From contig OZ245843.1 in assembly GCA_965228875.1 (NCBI GenBank), positions 62,001-126,000 of the forward strand: DNA of 64,000 nucleotides, given 5' to 3'. Below the pieces are notes generated by a model. That model worked only from the letters and a program-made list of their open reading frames with translations, made no database searches and was not told where the DNA came from. Shown here piece after piece: positions 38,158 to 48,300 of this stretch (position 1 is the first letter of the stretch; each line of letters opens with the position of its first letter). A program made the translations under genes and the position numbers. The DNA comes from Thalassobaculaceae bacterium. GTDB taxonomy: Bacteria > Pseudomonadota > Alphaproteobacteria > Thalassobaculales > Thalassobaculaceae.

Positions 38158-39266
38158 CTGCCTCCGAGGCAGTCGCGCAGCGTCGTCGCCATCGAGCGGA
38201 TGAGCTGCGAGTAGAGCGCCGGTCCCTCGGGAATATCGCTACCGAGCGGGTCGAGGGTGCCGATCCTGACATCGGTGCCTTCGACGATGACCTCCGCGAT
38301 CGACGGATCGAACTGCGGCTCGATGAACACGCAGACGATGCCATCGTCCACCAGTTCGTCGCGCAGCTCGGCGATCCGCTTCGCACCCGGACGGATCTCC
38401 GGGTTCACCACGATCGCCTCGCTTCCGGGCAGGCCGAAACGGTCCTCGAAGTGAATGTAGGCATCGTGGAACACCAGGAACGGCTGGAACCACACGGGCT
38501 CCAGGATGCCGCGAACCTCCTCGGTCAGGGCCGCGAGTTCGGCGGACATGCGCTCGGCATTGGCGCGGAAGGTGTCGGCGTGTTCCGGCATCGCCTCTGA
38601 AAGGCTGGTGGCGATCGCCGCGACCATGGCGCGGGCATTCTCGGGGTCGAGCCAGACATGCGGATCCTCCGGCCCGTGATGGTGACCATCATGGTCGCCG
38701 TGACCTTGCCCCGCGTGGTCGTCGTCGTGCTCGTGCTTGTGGTGCGCGTCCTTGTCGTGGTCGTCGTCGTGCCCGGGCTTGTGGTGCGCGTCCTTGTCGT
38801 GGTCGTCGTCATGCCCGGGCTTGTGGTGCGCGTCCTTGTCGTGGTCGTCGTCGTGTCCGTGTTTGTGATGCGCGTCCTTGTCGCCGTCCTTCTCGGTGTG
38901 GGCGGCGTGGTCACCGGACTCGCCGGACATGCGCTGAACGATGCCGGGTGCCTCGATCATCGTCTCGATCGTCGCCTTCGCGGCCAGCGTCTCGATCGGG
39001 TGCTCCAGCGGCGTCTCGATCTCGGGCCCGATCCAGAAGACGACTCGGGCCTCGGCGAGCCTGCGGGCATCAGACGGTTTCAGCGAGTAGGTGTGCGGCG
39101 ACGCCGTGCCCGGAATCAGCAGGTCCGGGGTGCCGACGCCTTGCATGACCCCGGCGACGAGGGAGTGCAGCGGTTTGATCGTAGCCACCACGCCGCTGTC
39201 CGCCCGGACGGCGGAAGGCGCGGCAAGGGCGAGCCCGGCTGCGGCGATGACGGCGAGGATCCGCAT
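38154..39266 (-). CDS. znuA: Zinc ABC transporter substrate-binding protein
   Basis: Signal peptide, ASPHTYSLKPSD, His/Asp loop, DPHVWLDP, VFHDAY. Confidence 0.95.
   Translation of the reverse strand: MRILAVIAAAGLALAAPSAVRADSGVVATIKPLHSLVAGVMQGVGTPDLLIPGTASPHTYSLKPSDARRLAEARVVFWIGPEIETPLEHPIETLAAKATIETMIEAPGIVQRMSGESGDHAAHTEKDGDKDAHHKHGHDDDHDKDAHHKPGHDDDHDKDAHHKPGHDDDHDKDAHHKHEHDDDHAGQGHGDHDGHHHGPEDPHVWLDPENARAMVAAIATSLSEAMPEHADTFRANAERMSAELAALTEEVRGILEPVWFQPFLVFHDAYIHFEDRFGLPGSEAIVVNPEIRPGAKRIAELRDELVDDGIVCVFIEPQFDPSIAEVIVEGTDVRIGTLDPLGSDIPEGPALYSQLIRSMATTLRDCLGGS
38715..38882. repeat. Four 42-bp tandem repeats encoding the ZnuA His/Asp loop
   Basis: Units start at 38715, 38757, 38799, 38841; each encodes DKDAHHK(PG/HG/HE)HDDDH. 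Confidence 0.95.
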
Positions 39267-39279
39267 AGAGAGCTCCTGT

Positions 39280-39296
39280 ATGTTACACTATAACGT
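39280..39296. promoter_or_regulatory. Zur box
   Basis: ATGTTACACTATAACGT near-palindrome between divergent znuA and znuC. Confidence 0.85.
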
Positions 39297-39352
39297 TGCG
39301 GAGAGTCCTAGCCGCTGTCATATGTCCGCGCAAGAGGCAACTGGGGGACCAG

Positions 39353-40219
39353 ATGAACCGCGACGTTTCGATCCGCCAACCGGCCGCGGACCTTGGTTCG
39401 CCGATCGGATCGGACCCACTGGTCCGACTCAGGGATGTCGGCGTGCGCCGGTCCGGCCGGTGGCTGACGCGCCATGTGGATCTCGATGTGCGGCCGGGTG
39501 AGATCGTGACCCTGATCGGGCCGAACGGCTCGGGAAAGACGACCACGGCGAAGGTCGCGGCCGGCATCCTGACCGCCGACGAGGGCCGGATCGAGGGCCG
39601 GCGGGGCATGCGGATCGGCTACGTCCCGCAGAGAATCCAGATCGACTGGACCCTGCCGATGACCGTGAGGCGTCTGATGACGCTGACCGGCCGTTACGGC
39701 CGCGGGGAGGTCGACGCGGCGCTGGAGGCGGTTGGCGTCGCCGACCTTGCCGACGCGGAGGTGCAGTCCCTGTCCGGCGGCGAGTTCCAGCGCGCGCTGC
39801 TGGCCCGCGCCATGGTGCGGCGGCCGGACCTCTTGATCCTCGACGAACCGGTTCAGGGGGTGGACTTCACCGGCGAGGTGACGCTGTACGCGCTCATCAA
39901 GCGGATCCGCGACGAGACCGGATGCGGCATCCTGCTGATCTCCCACGATCTTCACGTCGTCATGGCGGAGACGGATACGGTGGTCTGCTTGAACGGGCAC
40001 GTCTGCTGTCGCGGTACGCCGCAGAGCGTCGCCGAGAACCCGGAATACCAGCGGCTGTTCGGCGGCCGGGCCGCCGGCGCGCTGGCGGTCTACCGGCACC
40101 AGCACGATCACACCCACCTGCCCGACGGACGCATCCGCCACGCCGATGGCTCGATCACCGACGGGCACGCCCACCACCACGAACACCTTCACCAACACGA
40201 TCACCGCGACCATGCTTGA
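39353..40219 (+). CDS. znuC: Zinc ABC transporter ATPase
   Basis: GPNGSGKT, LSGGEFQR, ISHDLHVV, CLNGHVCC, His-rich tail. Confidence 0.95.
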   Translation: MNRDVSIRQPAADLGSPIGSDPLVRLRDVGVRRSGRWLTRHVDLDVRPGEIVTLIGPNGSGKTTTAKVAAGILTADEGRIEGRRGMRIGYVPQRIQIDWTLPMTVRRLMTLTGRYGRGEVDAALEAVGVADLADAEVQSLSGGEFQRALLARAMVRRPDLLILDEPVQGVDFTGEVTLYALIKRIRDETGCGILLISHDLHVVMAETDTVVCLNGHVCCRGTPQSVAENPEYQRLFGGRAAGALAVYRHQHDHTHLPDGRIRHADGSITDGHAHHHEHLHQHDHRDHA

Positions 40220-41009
40220 CGACTTCTTTGTGCGGGCGCTGCTGGCCGGGATCGGCGTGGCGCTGACCGCCGGCCCGCTCGGTTGCTTCGTCGTGTGGCG
40301 CCGAATGGCCTATTTCGGCGACACCATGGCCCATGCCGGGCTGCTTGGGGTGGCGCTCGCGCTGGTCCTGCAGGTGGCGCCGGTGATCGGCGTCTTCGTG
40401 GTGGCGGCCGCGATCGCCGGCGTGCTGTTGCTGCTCGACCGCCGCGGGGCGCTGTCGACCGATGCGCTGCTCGGCCTGCTCTCCCACGGCACGCTCGCAG
40501 TGGGCCTGGTGATGGTCGCGCTGATGACGACGGTGCGGATCGACCTGACGGCCCTGCTGTTCGGCGATGTTCTGGCCGTGGGGGTGGACGATGTGGTCCT
40601 GATCTGGGTCGGCGGGGCGGTGGTCCTGGCGGCCCTGGCGTGGATCTGGCGCCCGCTGCTGGCCGATACCGTCCACCCGGATCTGGCCGCCGCCGAGGGC
40701 ATGCGTCCGGAGCGTGCGCGGGCGGTGCTGATGCTGCTGATGGCCCTGGTGATCGCGGTGGCGATGAAGGTGATCGGCGTGCTGCTGATCACCGCCCTGC
40801 TCATCATACCGGCAGCGGCGGCCCGGCGTCTGGCGGCCACGCCGGAGGCGATGGCCGTGGTCGCGGCGCTGACCGGCACGCTGTCGGTGATTGCCGGACT
40901 GTTCGGGTCGCTGCAGTGGGACACGCCGTCGGGACCGTCGATCGTGGTCGCGGCGGTGATGCTGTTCGCGATCGGCCTCGCCGTGCCGGGCATTCGGTTC
41001 GGTCGGTAG
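40212..41009 (+). CDS. znuB: Zinc ABC transporter permease
   Basis: GPLGCFVVWRRMAYFGDTMAH, LFGDVL, DTPSGPSIV. Confidence 0.95.
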   Translation: MLDDFFVRALLAGIGVALTAGPLGCFVVWRRMAYFGDTMAHAGLLGVALALVLQVAPVIGVFVVAAAIAGVLLLLDRRGALSTDALLGLLSHGTLAVGLVMVALMTTVRIDLTALLFGDVLAVGVDDVVLIWVGGAVVLAALAWIWRPLLADTVHPDLAAAEGMRPERARAVLMLLMALVIAVAMKVIGVLLITALLIIPAAAARRLAATPEAMAVVAALTGTLSVIAGLFGSLQWDTPSGPSIVVAAVMLFAIGLAVPGIRFGR

Positions 41010-41023
41010 AGAGCGCGATCGGT

Positions 41024-41554
41024 TCAGGACACGAAACAGGCCTCCAGCCGGCCGGTATCGGCCTCGCTGTTGTCGTCGAACAGCGCTTCCTTGGTGACGT
41101 CTCCGCGTCCGGTGAAGCGCGCGCTCACCCGGCCGTCGGCGATCTCGTCGGTCGAGACAATGGTCGGGGCGAAGCCGGCCGTATCGTCCAGGTCGACCGT
41201 GAAGCCGTACTGGTCGCCCGGTCCGAATCGGCGGAATCTCAGCGTCATAACGCTGTCACCATCACTGATTTCCGTCCGTTCCGCAATTTCTGCGGTCCCC
41301 CGGGCCTCCTCGAACGGCTGATACACGCTTTCGCCGGCGCCGCGTTCGGTGACGTCGAAGATCAGGCGGCCGCGCGACGGGCCGAGATCGATCTCGACCT
41401 CGCTCACCGACCATCCGGGATCGCTCGCGTTGACCAGGGTGAAGCGGTCGGCCGGCGCATCCTCCTGGAAGGTCACGATCAGGCGCGGGCCGCAGGCGTC
41501 GGCCAGCGCCGTCGCGGGAAACAGCAGGACCGCGAGACAGACTAGAGGGCGCAT
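41024..41554 (-). CDS. Exported beta-rich protein resembling 'aggregation factor core'-labelled alphaproteobacterial proteins
   Basis: Signal peptide ending ALA; F.EDAP.DRF, LIFDVTERGAG..VYQPF (family resemblance recalled, not searched). Confidence 0.6.
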   Translation of the reverse strand: MRPLVCLAVLLFPATALADACGPRLIVTFQEDAPADRFTLVNASDPGWSVSEVEIDLGPSRGRLIFDVTERGAGESVYQPFEEARGTAEIAERTEISDGDSVMTLRFRRFGPGDQYGFTVDLDDTAGFAPTIVSTDEIADGRVSARFTGRGDVTKEALFDDNSEADTGRLEACFVS

Positions 41555-41672
41555 CGGATCCTCCGAACTCGGCGATGATGCCAGCAACCTAGATCGCGGC
41601 CGACGCGTCGCAACCTGGAATGCGGTTTCGTGCCGACGTGGCGGTCATACCGGTATGACCGGGCGACGTCGG

Positions 41673-43199
41673 TCAGCGGCCCTCGCCGAACAGCAGGGTG
41701 ATGTTGATCCGCCTGTTGGTATGGCCCGGGGCGAAGGAGAAGCGGTCGGTCTCGTGGATCAGCCGGCTGTCGAACACGACCGCGCGGTTGGCGCGGTGTG
41801 GCACGCGGATGAAGTCGTCCTTCCGCGTGCCGAGGTAGTCGTAGATGAACTCGGCCGACGCGGTGTTGTAGGTGCGGAAGTCCCACTCGGGCGGGGCCGC
41901 CTTGCGGTAGACGATCAGCCCGCCGGTCTCGGGGTCGAGGTTGGCCTCGTCCGGGGTGATCCAGAAGTTGAGGTTGATCCGCGCGAAGTCGGCATGGGGG
42001 TTGATGCCGGCCATCGTCTGCTCGTAGCTGTAGGCCCAGATCACCTTGACCGTCAGGCCGCCGAACACCCGCGGCATCCGGGCTTGCAGTTCATCGGCGA
42101 TGCGCACGACCAGCGGGTCGCCGAACCCCTCGCGGAAATAGGCGCCGAGGTAGCCCGCCGCCTTGATCTGATGCCAGATCGTGCTGTCCCAGCAGAACCG
42201 TCGCAGCGCGGCGAGCGCATCCGGCGTCAGCAGCCCGTCGATGGTGATGGCCCGCGGGTCGCCGTCCAGAAAGGCGCGCTCCCGTTCGTCCCAGTCGACG
42301 GCCTCGCTCAGGGCCGGGGTGTCGCCCCACCCGGTGGAGGCGAGATGAACGAAGCGCCCGTAGCTGCGGGCGACCGCGGCGTAGCGGGTGTCGTCGAGCT
42401 CGAAGGTGGCGGCGGCACGCTCCTGCGGGGTCAGTCCGGCGATGAGTGCTGCGTAGCGCTCGGGCTCGTCGCAGAGCGCCGGGGGCAGCAGGCCGCGCTC
42501 GCGCAGGTGCAGAAGCTGGGCGTGATCGTGGGCCAGCCTGTGCCAGCAGGTCAGCCGGGGGATCGGCCTCGCCGGCTCCACCGGAAGCTGCGGATCGGGA
42601 TCCGGGCCCTGATGGGTCAGCGCGCGACCGTGCAGGAGGCGCCCATAGCGCCGGTAGGCGTCGGCGGCGCCGGCGAGGTCCGCGCCGCCGACCCGCGCGA
42701 CGCCGAGATTGAACCAAAGCGCCGGCTCGGTTAGCGCCAGCCGGGCAAGTCGGTCGAACAGCCGGGCGGCTGCCGACGGATCGCCCGCGTTCATCGTCCG
42801 TTCGGCCAGCGCCGTCGCCGCTCCGGTGTCGCCGGGCTGTAGAACCAGGGCGCGTCGCGTCGCCCCGTTCGCTTCCGATAGCCGTCCAAGACCAGCCAGT
42901 GCCGTGGCCCGACTGGTATGCAGGACCGGTGAGAGCGGTGCGGACCGGATCGCCGCGGCGAAGCGGGCCTCGGCCTCGCCGTGCTCGCCGGCCCGAAGCG
43001 CGATCAGCCCGAGCTGGGCGAGCGCGACCGGGTGCCCCGGAGCGTCGTCCAGGACAGACGCGTACAGGGTGCGAGCCTTGTCCGTGTCGCCCGCCGCCAG
43101 GGCCTGACCGGCTTCCGCCAGCCGATCCTGTGGGACAGGGCGCGGGGGAGAGGAGGCCGGGGGAGAAGGATCCGGGGAGGGCCGGGGCTCGATCTGCAT
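41673..43199 (-). CDS. TPR protein with C-terminal 2OG-Fe(II) oxygenase-like domain
   Basis: TPRs; HxD (PHAD), NRAVVFDSRLIHET distal His, RRINITLL. Confidence 0.75.
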   Translation of the reverse strand: MQIEPRPSPDPSPPASSPPRPVPQDRLAEAGQALAAGDTDKARTLYASVLDDAPGHPVALAQLGLIALRAGEHGEAEARFAAAIRSAPLSPVLHTSRATALAGLGRLSEANGATRRALVLQPGDTGAATALAERTMNAGDPSAAARLFDRLARLALTEPALWFNLGVARVGGADLAGAADAYRRYGRLLHGRALTHQGPDPDPQLPVEPARPIPRLTCWHRLAHDHAQLLHLRERGLLPPALCDEPERYAALIAGLTPQERAAATFELDDTRYAAVARSYGRFVHLASTGWGDTPALSEAVDWDERERAFLDGDPRAITIDGLLTPDALAALRRFCWDSTIWHQIKAAGYLGAYFREGFGDPLVVRIADELQARMPRVFGGLTVKVIWAYSYEQTMAGINPHADFARINLNFWITPDEANLDPETGGLIVYRKAAPPEWDFRTYNTASAEFIYDYLGTRKDDFIRVPHRANRAVVFDSRLIHETDRFSFAPGHTNRRINITLLFGEGR

Positions 43200-43276
43200 G
43201 GCGCGAACGCTAGCGCAGAAATACGCCGCAGGCGAGAGGCGGTGGGGAGGGGGCCGGGGCAGACCCGGCCCCGCCT

Positions 43277-45169
43277 TCAGGCGCCGAGCGCCTTCACCAT
43301 CACGTCGGAGAAACGTCGGGTGAAGCTCTTGGGATCGCTCACCGGCTCGCCCTCGAGGATCCGCGCCTGCTCGAACAGCAGGTGCGCGGCATCGTCAAGG
43401 CCGTCGGACTTGCCGTCCTTCACCAGCTTGGCGAGGCCCTTGATCAGCGGGTGATCCGGGTTCACCTCGAGCACCCGGGGCGCGGCCTGGTCGAGCTGCT
43501 TGTGCTGGCGCAGCATGCGCTCGAGGTTCATGTCCAGATCGGTCTCGTCGGCGATCAGGCAGACCGGGCTCTCGGACAGCCGGTCGGTCGAGCGCACGTC
43601 CTTCACCGTCGCACCCAGAGCGAGTTTGACCGAGGCGATCAGGCCGTCGATCGCGCCGCTTTCCTCGGTCTTGTCCGCCTCCTTGTCCGCATTGTCGGCC
43701 GTGTCGGCGTCCTCGGACTTGATGCCGGCGAGATCGGCGCCGCCACGAGTGATCGACTTGAGCGGCTTGCCCTTGACCCCGTCGAACATCGCCTGGACCC
43801 AGAACTCGTCGATCGGGTCGGTCAGGAACAGCACCTCGACGCCCTTCTTCAGGAAGCCCTCGAGCTGCGGCGACGCCTTGGCCGCGGCTTCGTCCTCCGC
43901 GGCGATGTAGTAGATCGCCCCCTGACCCTCCTTCATGCGCTCGATATAGGCGTCGAGTCCGACCAGACCGTCGCCGGCGCTGGAGCGGAAACGCACCAGA
44001 TCCAGCAGCGCGTCCTTGTGGTCGGCGCCGTCGGCGTAGAGCCCCTCCTTAAGCACGGCGCCGAAGCTGTGCCAGAACGTGTCGTAGGCTTCGGGATCCT
44101 TCTTCGCCTTCTTGGCCAGCTCGCTCAGGACGCGCTTGGTCAGCGCCTTCGAGATCGTGGTGACTACGGGGTTGTTCTGCAGCATCTCGCGGCTGACGTT
44201 CAGCGGCAGATCCTCGCAGTCGACCACGCCCTTGAGGAACCGCAGCCAGGTGGGAACCAGCCCCTCGACCTCGTCGGTGATGAAGACCCGCTTCACGTAG
44301 AGCTTCACGTGATGGCGACGCTCCGGGTGGAACAGGTCGAACGGTCGCTGGGTCGGTACGAAGAGCAGGCCGTGGTACTCGATCCGTCCCTCTGCCTTCC
44401 AGTGGACGGTCATCCACGGGTCGTCGAAAGCGTGGCCGACGTGGTGATAGAACTCCTTGTAGTCGTCCTCGGAGATGTCGCTCTTCGGCCGGGTCCACAG
44501 GGCGGAGGCCCGGTTGAGCGTCTCCTCCTCGCCGTCGTCCGTGCCGGCGAACACCACGGGGAAGGGGATGTGGTCGGAATAGGTGCGCACGACCGTCTGG
44601 ATCCGCGCCTTCTCCAGGAACTCCTTGGCGTCCTTCTTCAGGTGGAGGGTGATGATCGTGCCGCGCGAGGCCTTCTCCGCCGGCGCGACCGTGTATTCGC
44701 CAAGTCCGTCCGACGACCAGACGTGGGCCGCGGACTCGCCGGCCTTGCGGGTCAGGACCTCGACCCGATCGGCGACCATGAAGGCGGAATAGAACCCGAC
44801 ACCGAACTGGCCGATGAGGCTTGTGTCCGGTTTGCCGTCGCCGCCGATCTCGTCGACGAAGGCGGCCGTGCCCGAGCGCGCGATGGTGCCGAGGTTGTCG
44901 TGCAACTCGGCCTCGGTCATGCCGACGCCGTTGTCCGAGAGGGTCAGCGTCTTTGCCTTCTCGTCGACCGCGATGCGGATCCGGAAGCTGCTGTCCTCGG
45001 CGGTCAGATCCGGGTCGGAGATCGCCAGGAAGCGCAGCTTGTCGCAGGCATCGGCGGCGTTGGAGATCAACTCGCGCAGGAACACCTCGCGGTCGCTGTA
45101 CAGCGCGTTTGCAACGATGTGCAGCAGCTTGGAGACTTCGGCTTGAAAGGATCTCGTTTCGGCAGCCAT
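43277..45169 (-). CDS. htpG: Hsp90 chaperone HtpG
   Basis: FLRELISNAADA, DNGVGM, GQFGVGFYSAF, LPLNVSRE. Confidence 0.98.
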   Translation of the reverse strand: MAAETRSFQAEVSKLLHIVANALYSDREVFLRELISNAADACDKLRFLAISDPDLTAEDSSFRIRIAVDEKAKTLTLSDNGVGMTEAELHDNLGTIARSGTAAFVDEIGGDGKPDTSLIGQFGVGFYSAFMVADRVEVLTRKAGESAAHVWSSDGLGEYTVAPAEKASRGTIITLHLKKDAKEFLEKARIQTVVRTYSDHIPFPVVFAGTDDGEEETLNRASALWTRPKSDISEDDYKEFYHHVGHAFDDPWMTVHWKAEGRIEYHGLLFVPTQRPFDLFHPERRHHVKLYVKRVFITDEVEGLVPTWLRFLKGVVDCEDLPLNVSREMLQNNPVVTTISKALTKRVLSELAKKAKKDPEAYDTFWHSFGAVLKEGLYADGADHKDALLDLVRFRSSAGDGLVGLDAYIERMKEGQGAIYYIAAEDEAAAKASPQLEGFLKKGVEVLFLTDPIDEFWVQAMFDGVKGKPLKSITRGGADLAGIKSEDADTADNADKEADKTEESGAIDGLIASVKLALGATVKDVRSTDRLSESPVCLIADETDLDMNLERMLRQHKQLDQAAPRVLEVNPDHPLIKGLAKLVKDGKSDGLDDAAHLLFEQARILEGEPVSDPKSFTRRFSDVMVKALGA

Positions 45170-45214
45170 GGCAATGGGTCCGTTGTTGCTATTGAGACTG
45201 TCAGGACGGCGTGG

Positions 45215-45243
45215 AGATATGGCCGATCTGCGACGGCTGCAAG
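45215..45243 (-). promoter_or_regulatory. Sigma32-type promoter of htpG
   Basis: Minus strand CTTG-N17-CCATATCT. Confidence 0.75.
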
Positions 45244-45317
45244 ACCTTCTCTTCGCGGGCGTCCATATGTGTTATGCCATCGCTTGCACCGCGCCCTCCA
45301 CGTCGTAAATCTCCCGC

Positions 45318-48300
45318 ATGGTCCTCGCCTCGCCCGCCGCTTCGGTCACGGCCGTCCTCGGCCCCACCAACACCGGCAAGACGCACCTCGCGATCGAGCG
45401 CATGCTGGCGCACCGCGACGGCGTGATCGGCTTTCCGCTGCGTCTTCTGGCGCGTGAGAACTACGACAAGATCGTCGCCCGCAAGGGCCGGCGCGCGGTG
45501 GCCCTCGTCACCGGCGAGGAGAAGATTATCCCGCCGGACGCGAAGTATTTCGTTTGCACGGTGGAGTCGATGCCGCTCGACCGCGCGTTCGAGTTCCTGG
45601 CGGTGGACGAGGTGCAACTCGCCGGAGATCCGGAACGGGGCCACGTCTTCACCGACCGGCTGATGCATGCGCGCGGCCTCGACGAGACGATGCTGCTCGG
45701 CGCCGAGACGATCCGGCCTCTGCTGAGACGGCTGGTTCCGGATGCCCGCTTCGAGACCCGCACGCGACTGTCGAAGCTCTCCTATTCCGGTCTGTGCAAG
45801 ATGACGCGGCTGCCGAGGCGCAGTGCCGTCGTGGCGTTCTCCGCCGCCGATGTCTACGCCATCGCCGAGGTGGTCCGCCGTCAGCGCGGCGGTGCCGCGG
45901 TCGTGATGGGCGCGCTCAGCCCGCGTACCCGCAACGCCCAGGTGCAGATGTACCAGGAGGGCGACGTCGACTATCTGATCGCCACCGACGCGATCGGCAT
46001 GGGCCTGAACATGGACATCGATCACGTGTTCTTCGCCGCCGACCGCAAGTTCGACGGTCGGTTTCCGCGCCGGTTGCGCCCAGCCGAGCTGGCACAGATC
46101 GCCGGCCGCGCCGGCCGCCACATGAACGACGGAAGTTTCGGGGTCACCGGGACCTGTCCGCCGCTCGACGACGAGGCCGTGGTGGCGATCGAGAGCCACA
46201 GCTTCGATCCGCTCAAGCAGCTCGGCTGGCGCAACACCCGGCTCGACTTCTCCACGATCCGCGACCTCAAGCGGTCGCTCGAGACCTGGCCGGAGCACGA
46301 TTTTCTCTCGCGCAAGCGGGACGGCGACGACCAGGAGGCACTCGACGCGCTGTCGCGGATGGAGGACGTCGTGGCCCGCGCCAGCGCGCCCGCCCGCATC
46401 CGTCTGCTCTGGGATGTCTGTCAGATTCCCGATTTCCAGAAGCACCTTACGGAAAGTCATGCGCGACTCCTCGCACAGGTGTATCTTTACCTGACTGACG
46501 CTGAGGAGAAGTTGCCGAGCGACTGGGTCGACGGCCAGATGAGCCGTTTCGACAGAACCGAGGGGGATATCGATACCCTCATGGGGCGTATCGCACATAT
46601 CCGAACCTGGACATACATTACGCACCGTGGAGACTGGATTGACGACGCCGGACACTGGCAGTCTAGAGCACGCGCGATCGAGGATCGGCTTTCGGACGCG
46701 TTGCACCAGCAGCTTACCCTCAGGTTTGTCGACCGCCGGTCGGCGACCCTGTCGCGTAAGCTGAAGGGCGGTAAGGAGGAGATATTGGCGGGCGTATCCG
46801 GCGACGGAACGGTAACGGTCGAGGGGCATCGCGTGGGGCATCTGGAAGGCTTCGCCTTCGTGCCCGACGCCACGAATTCCGAAGAGGCCAAGCAGGTGAT
46901 GACGGCGGCGCGACGGGTGCTGCCGGAGGAGATCGCGCGACGCGTCTCCCGCCTGGCTGCCGACCTGGACGAGGTGTTTCGCCTCGACAGTCATGGCGTG
47001 TTCTTCTGGCGGGGACACCCGGTGGCCGATCTGGTTGCCGGCGATGTCGCCTGGCGGCCGGACGTGCGGGTGCGCGAGAGCGACCTGCTCGAACCGCCGC
47101 AGCGCGAGCGGGTGCAGAAACGTCTGCGCACCTGGACGGAAGCGCATCTCGAGGCGGGCATCCCGCACCTGCTGCAGCTCGCTCGCTCGGATCTGTCCGG
47201 GCCGGTCCGCGGTATCGTCTTCCAGGTGCTGGAGGGGCTCGGCAACGCCCCGGCCGAGGGTCTGCGCGCCCTCGTCAAGGAGCTGGACGATCAGGGCCGC
47301 AAGGACCTGGCCCGCGTCGGCATCCGGCTCGGCACCGAGAACCTCTACATCCCGCAGCTGCTGAAACCGAAGGCGGTCGCGCTGCGCGGCCTGCTGTGGT
47401 CGGTCGCCCGGGGCCGGTTCCCGGAGGAGGGGCCTCCCCCCGAAGGCCGGGTCCAGGTCGTGCGCCGCGACGAGACGCCGAAGGATTATGACCTGGCGCT
47501 CGGCTACCAGCGGCTCGGCGGCCGGGCGATCCGTATCGACATGGTCGAGCGTATCGCCGCCCTGATCCGTCAGGCCGCCCGCAACGGCCCGTTCGCCATC
47601 AATCCGGACATGCTGTCGCTGGCCGGCGTGGACCACGAGACCTTCGCCGCGATCCTGGGCGATCTCGGCTACCGCAAGGTCGGCGAGCGTCCGGCCGAAC
47701 CGACCCAGAGCGAGGCCGCCAAGGCGGCACCGGCAGAAACCGAAGCGACCGCCGCCGCGCCAGCGGAGGCGGAAGCGGAGGCCGGCGCCGCGGTCGGCTC
47801 GATGGCTGACCCAGGTTCCACCGAGACGCCGCCGGTAGAGGCTGCTGCGGAAGACGCTGCACCGGTCGACACTGTTTCGGTCGACGCTGCGCCGGATGAG
47901 GCACGGTCGGACACGTCGCAGACGGCCGAGGCGGAGCGGTCAGATGATGTCGCCGTATCGGAGGTATCCGAAGCCGCCGACGACGCGGATCAGGTGCCCG
48001 ATGCCGTGGCCATCGAGGCGGAAGCGCCGGCGGCGGAGTCTCCCGGCCCCGACTCGCCTGCTGTTGAACGCCCCGCATCCGAGGCTCCGACCGCCGAGAC
48101 CCCTGTCGCGGAGACCGCTGCGGCCGGACCCTCGGAAACTCAGCCCTCCGACGTCGACGCGACCGCCGAGTCAAGCGAAGTGGTCGATGGCGAAGCCGCC
48201 GCCGGCGACCCGGATGCGGGCGACGAGGCTCCGGTGGTCATGGTGCCACTGTTCGCCCGCCGTCGGCGCGAGGACGGCAGGCGCCCGAACCGCAACCGGG

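Noticed and set aside
38715..38882. Repeat array as possible CRISPR
   Set aside because: No spacers, in-frame within znuA, and no cas genes
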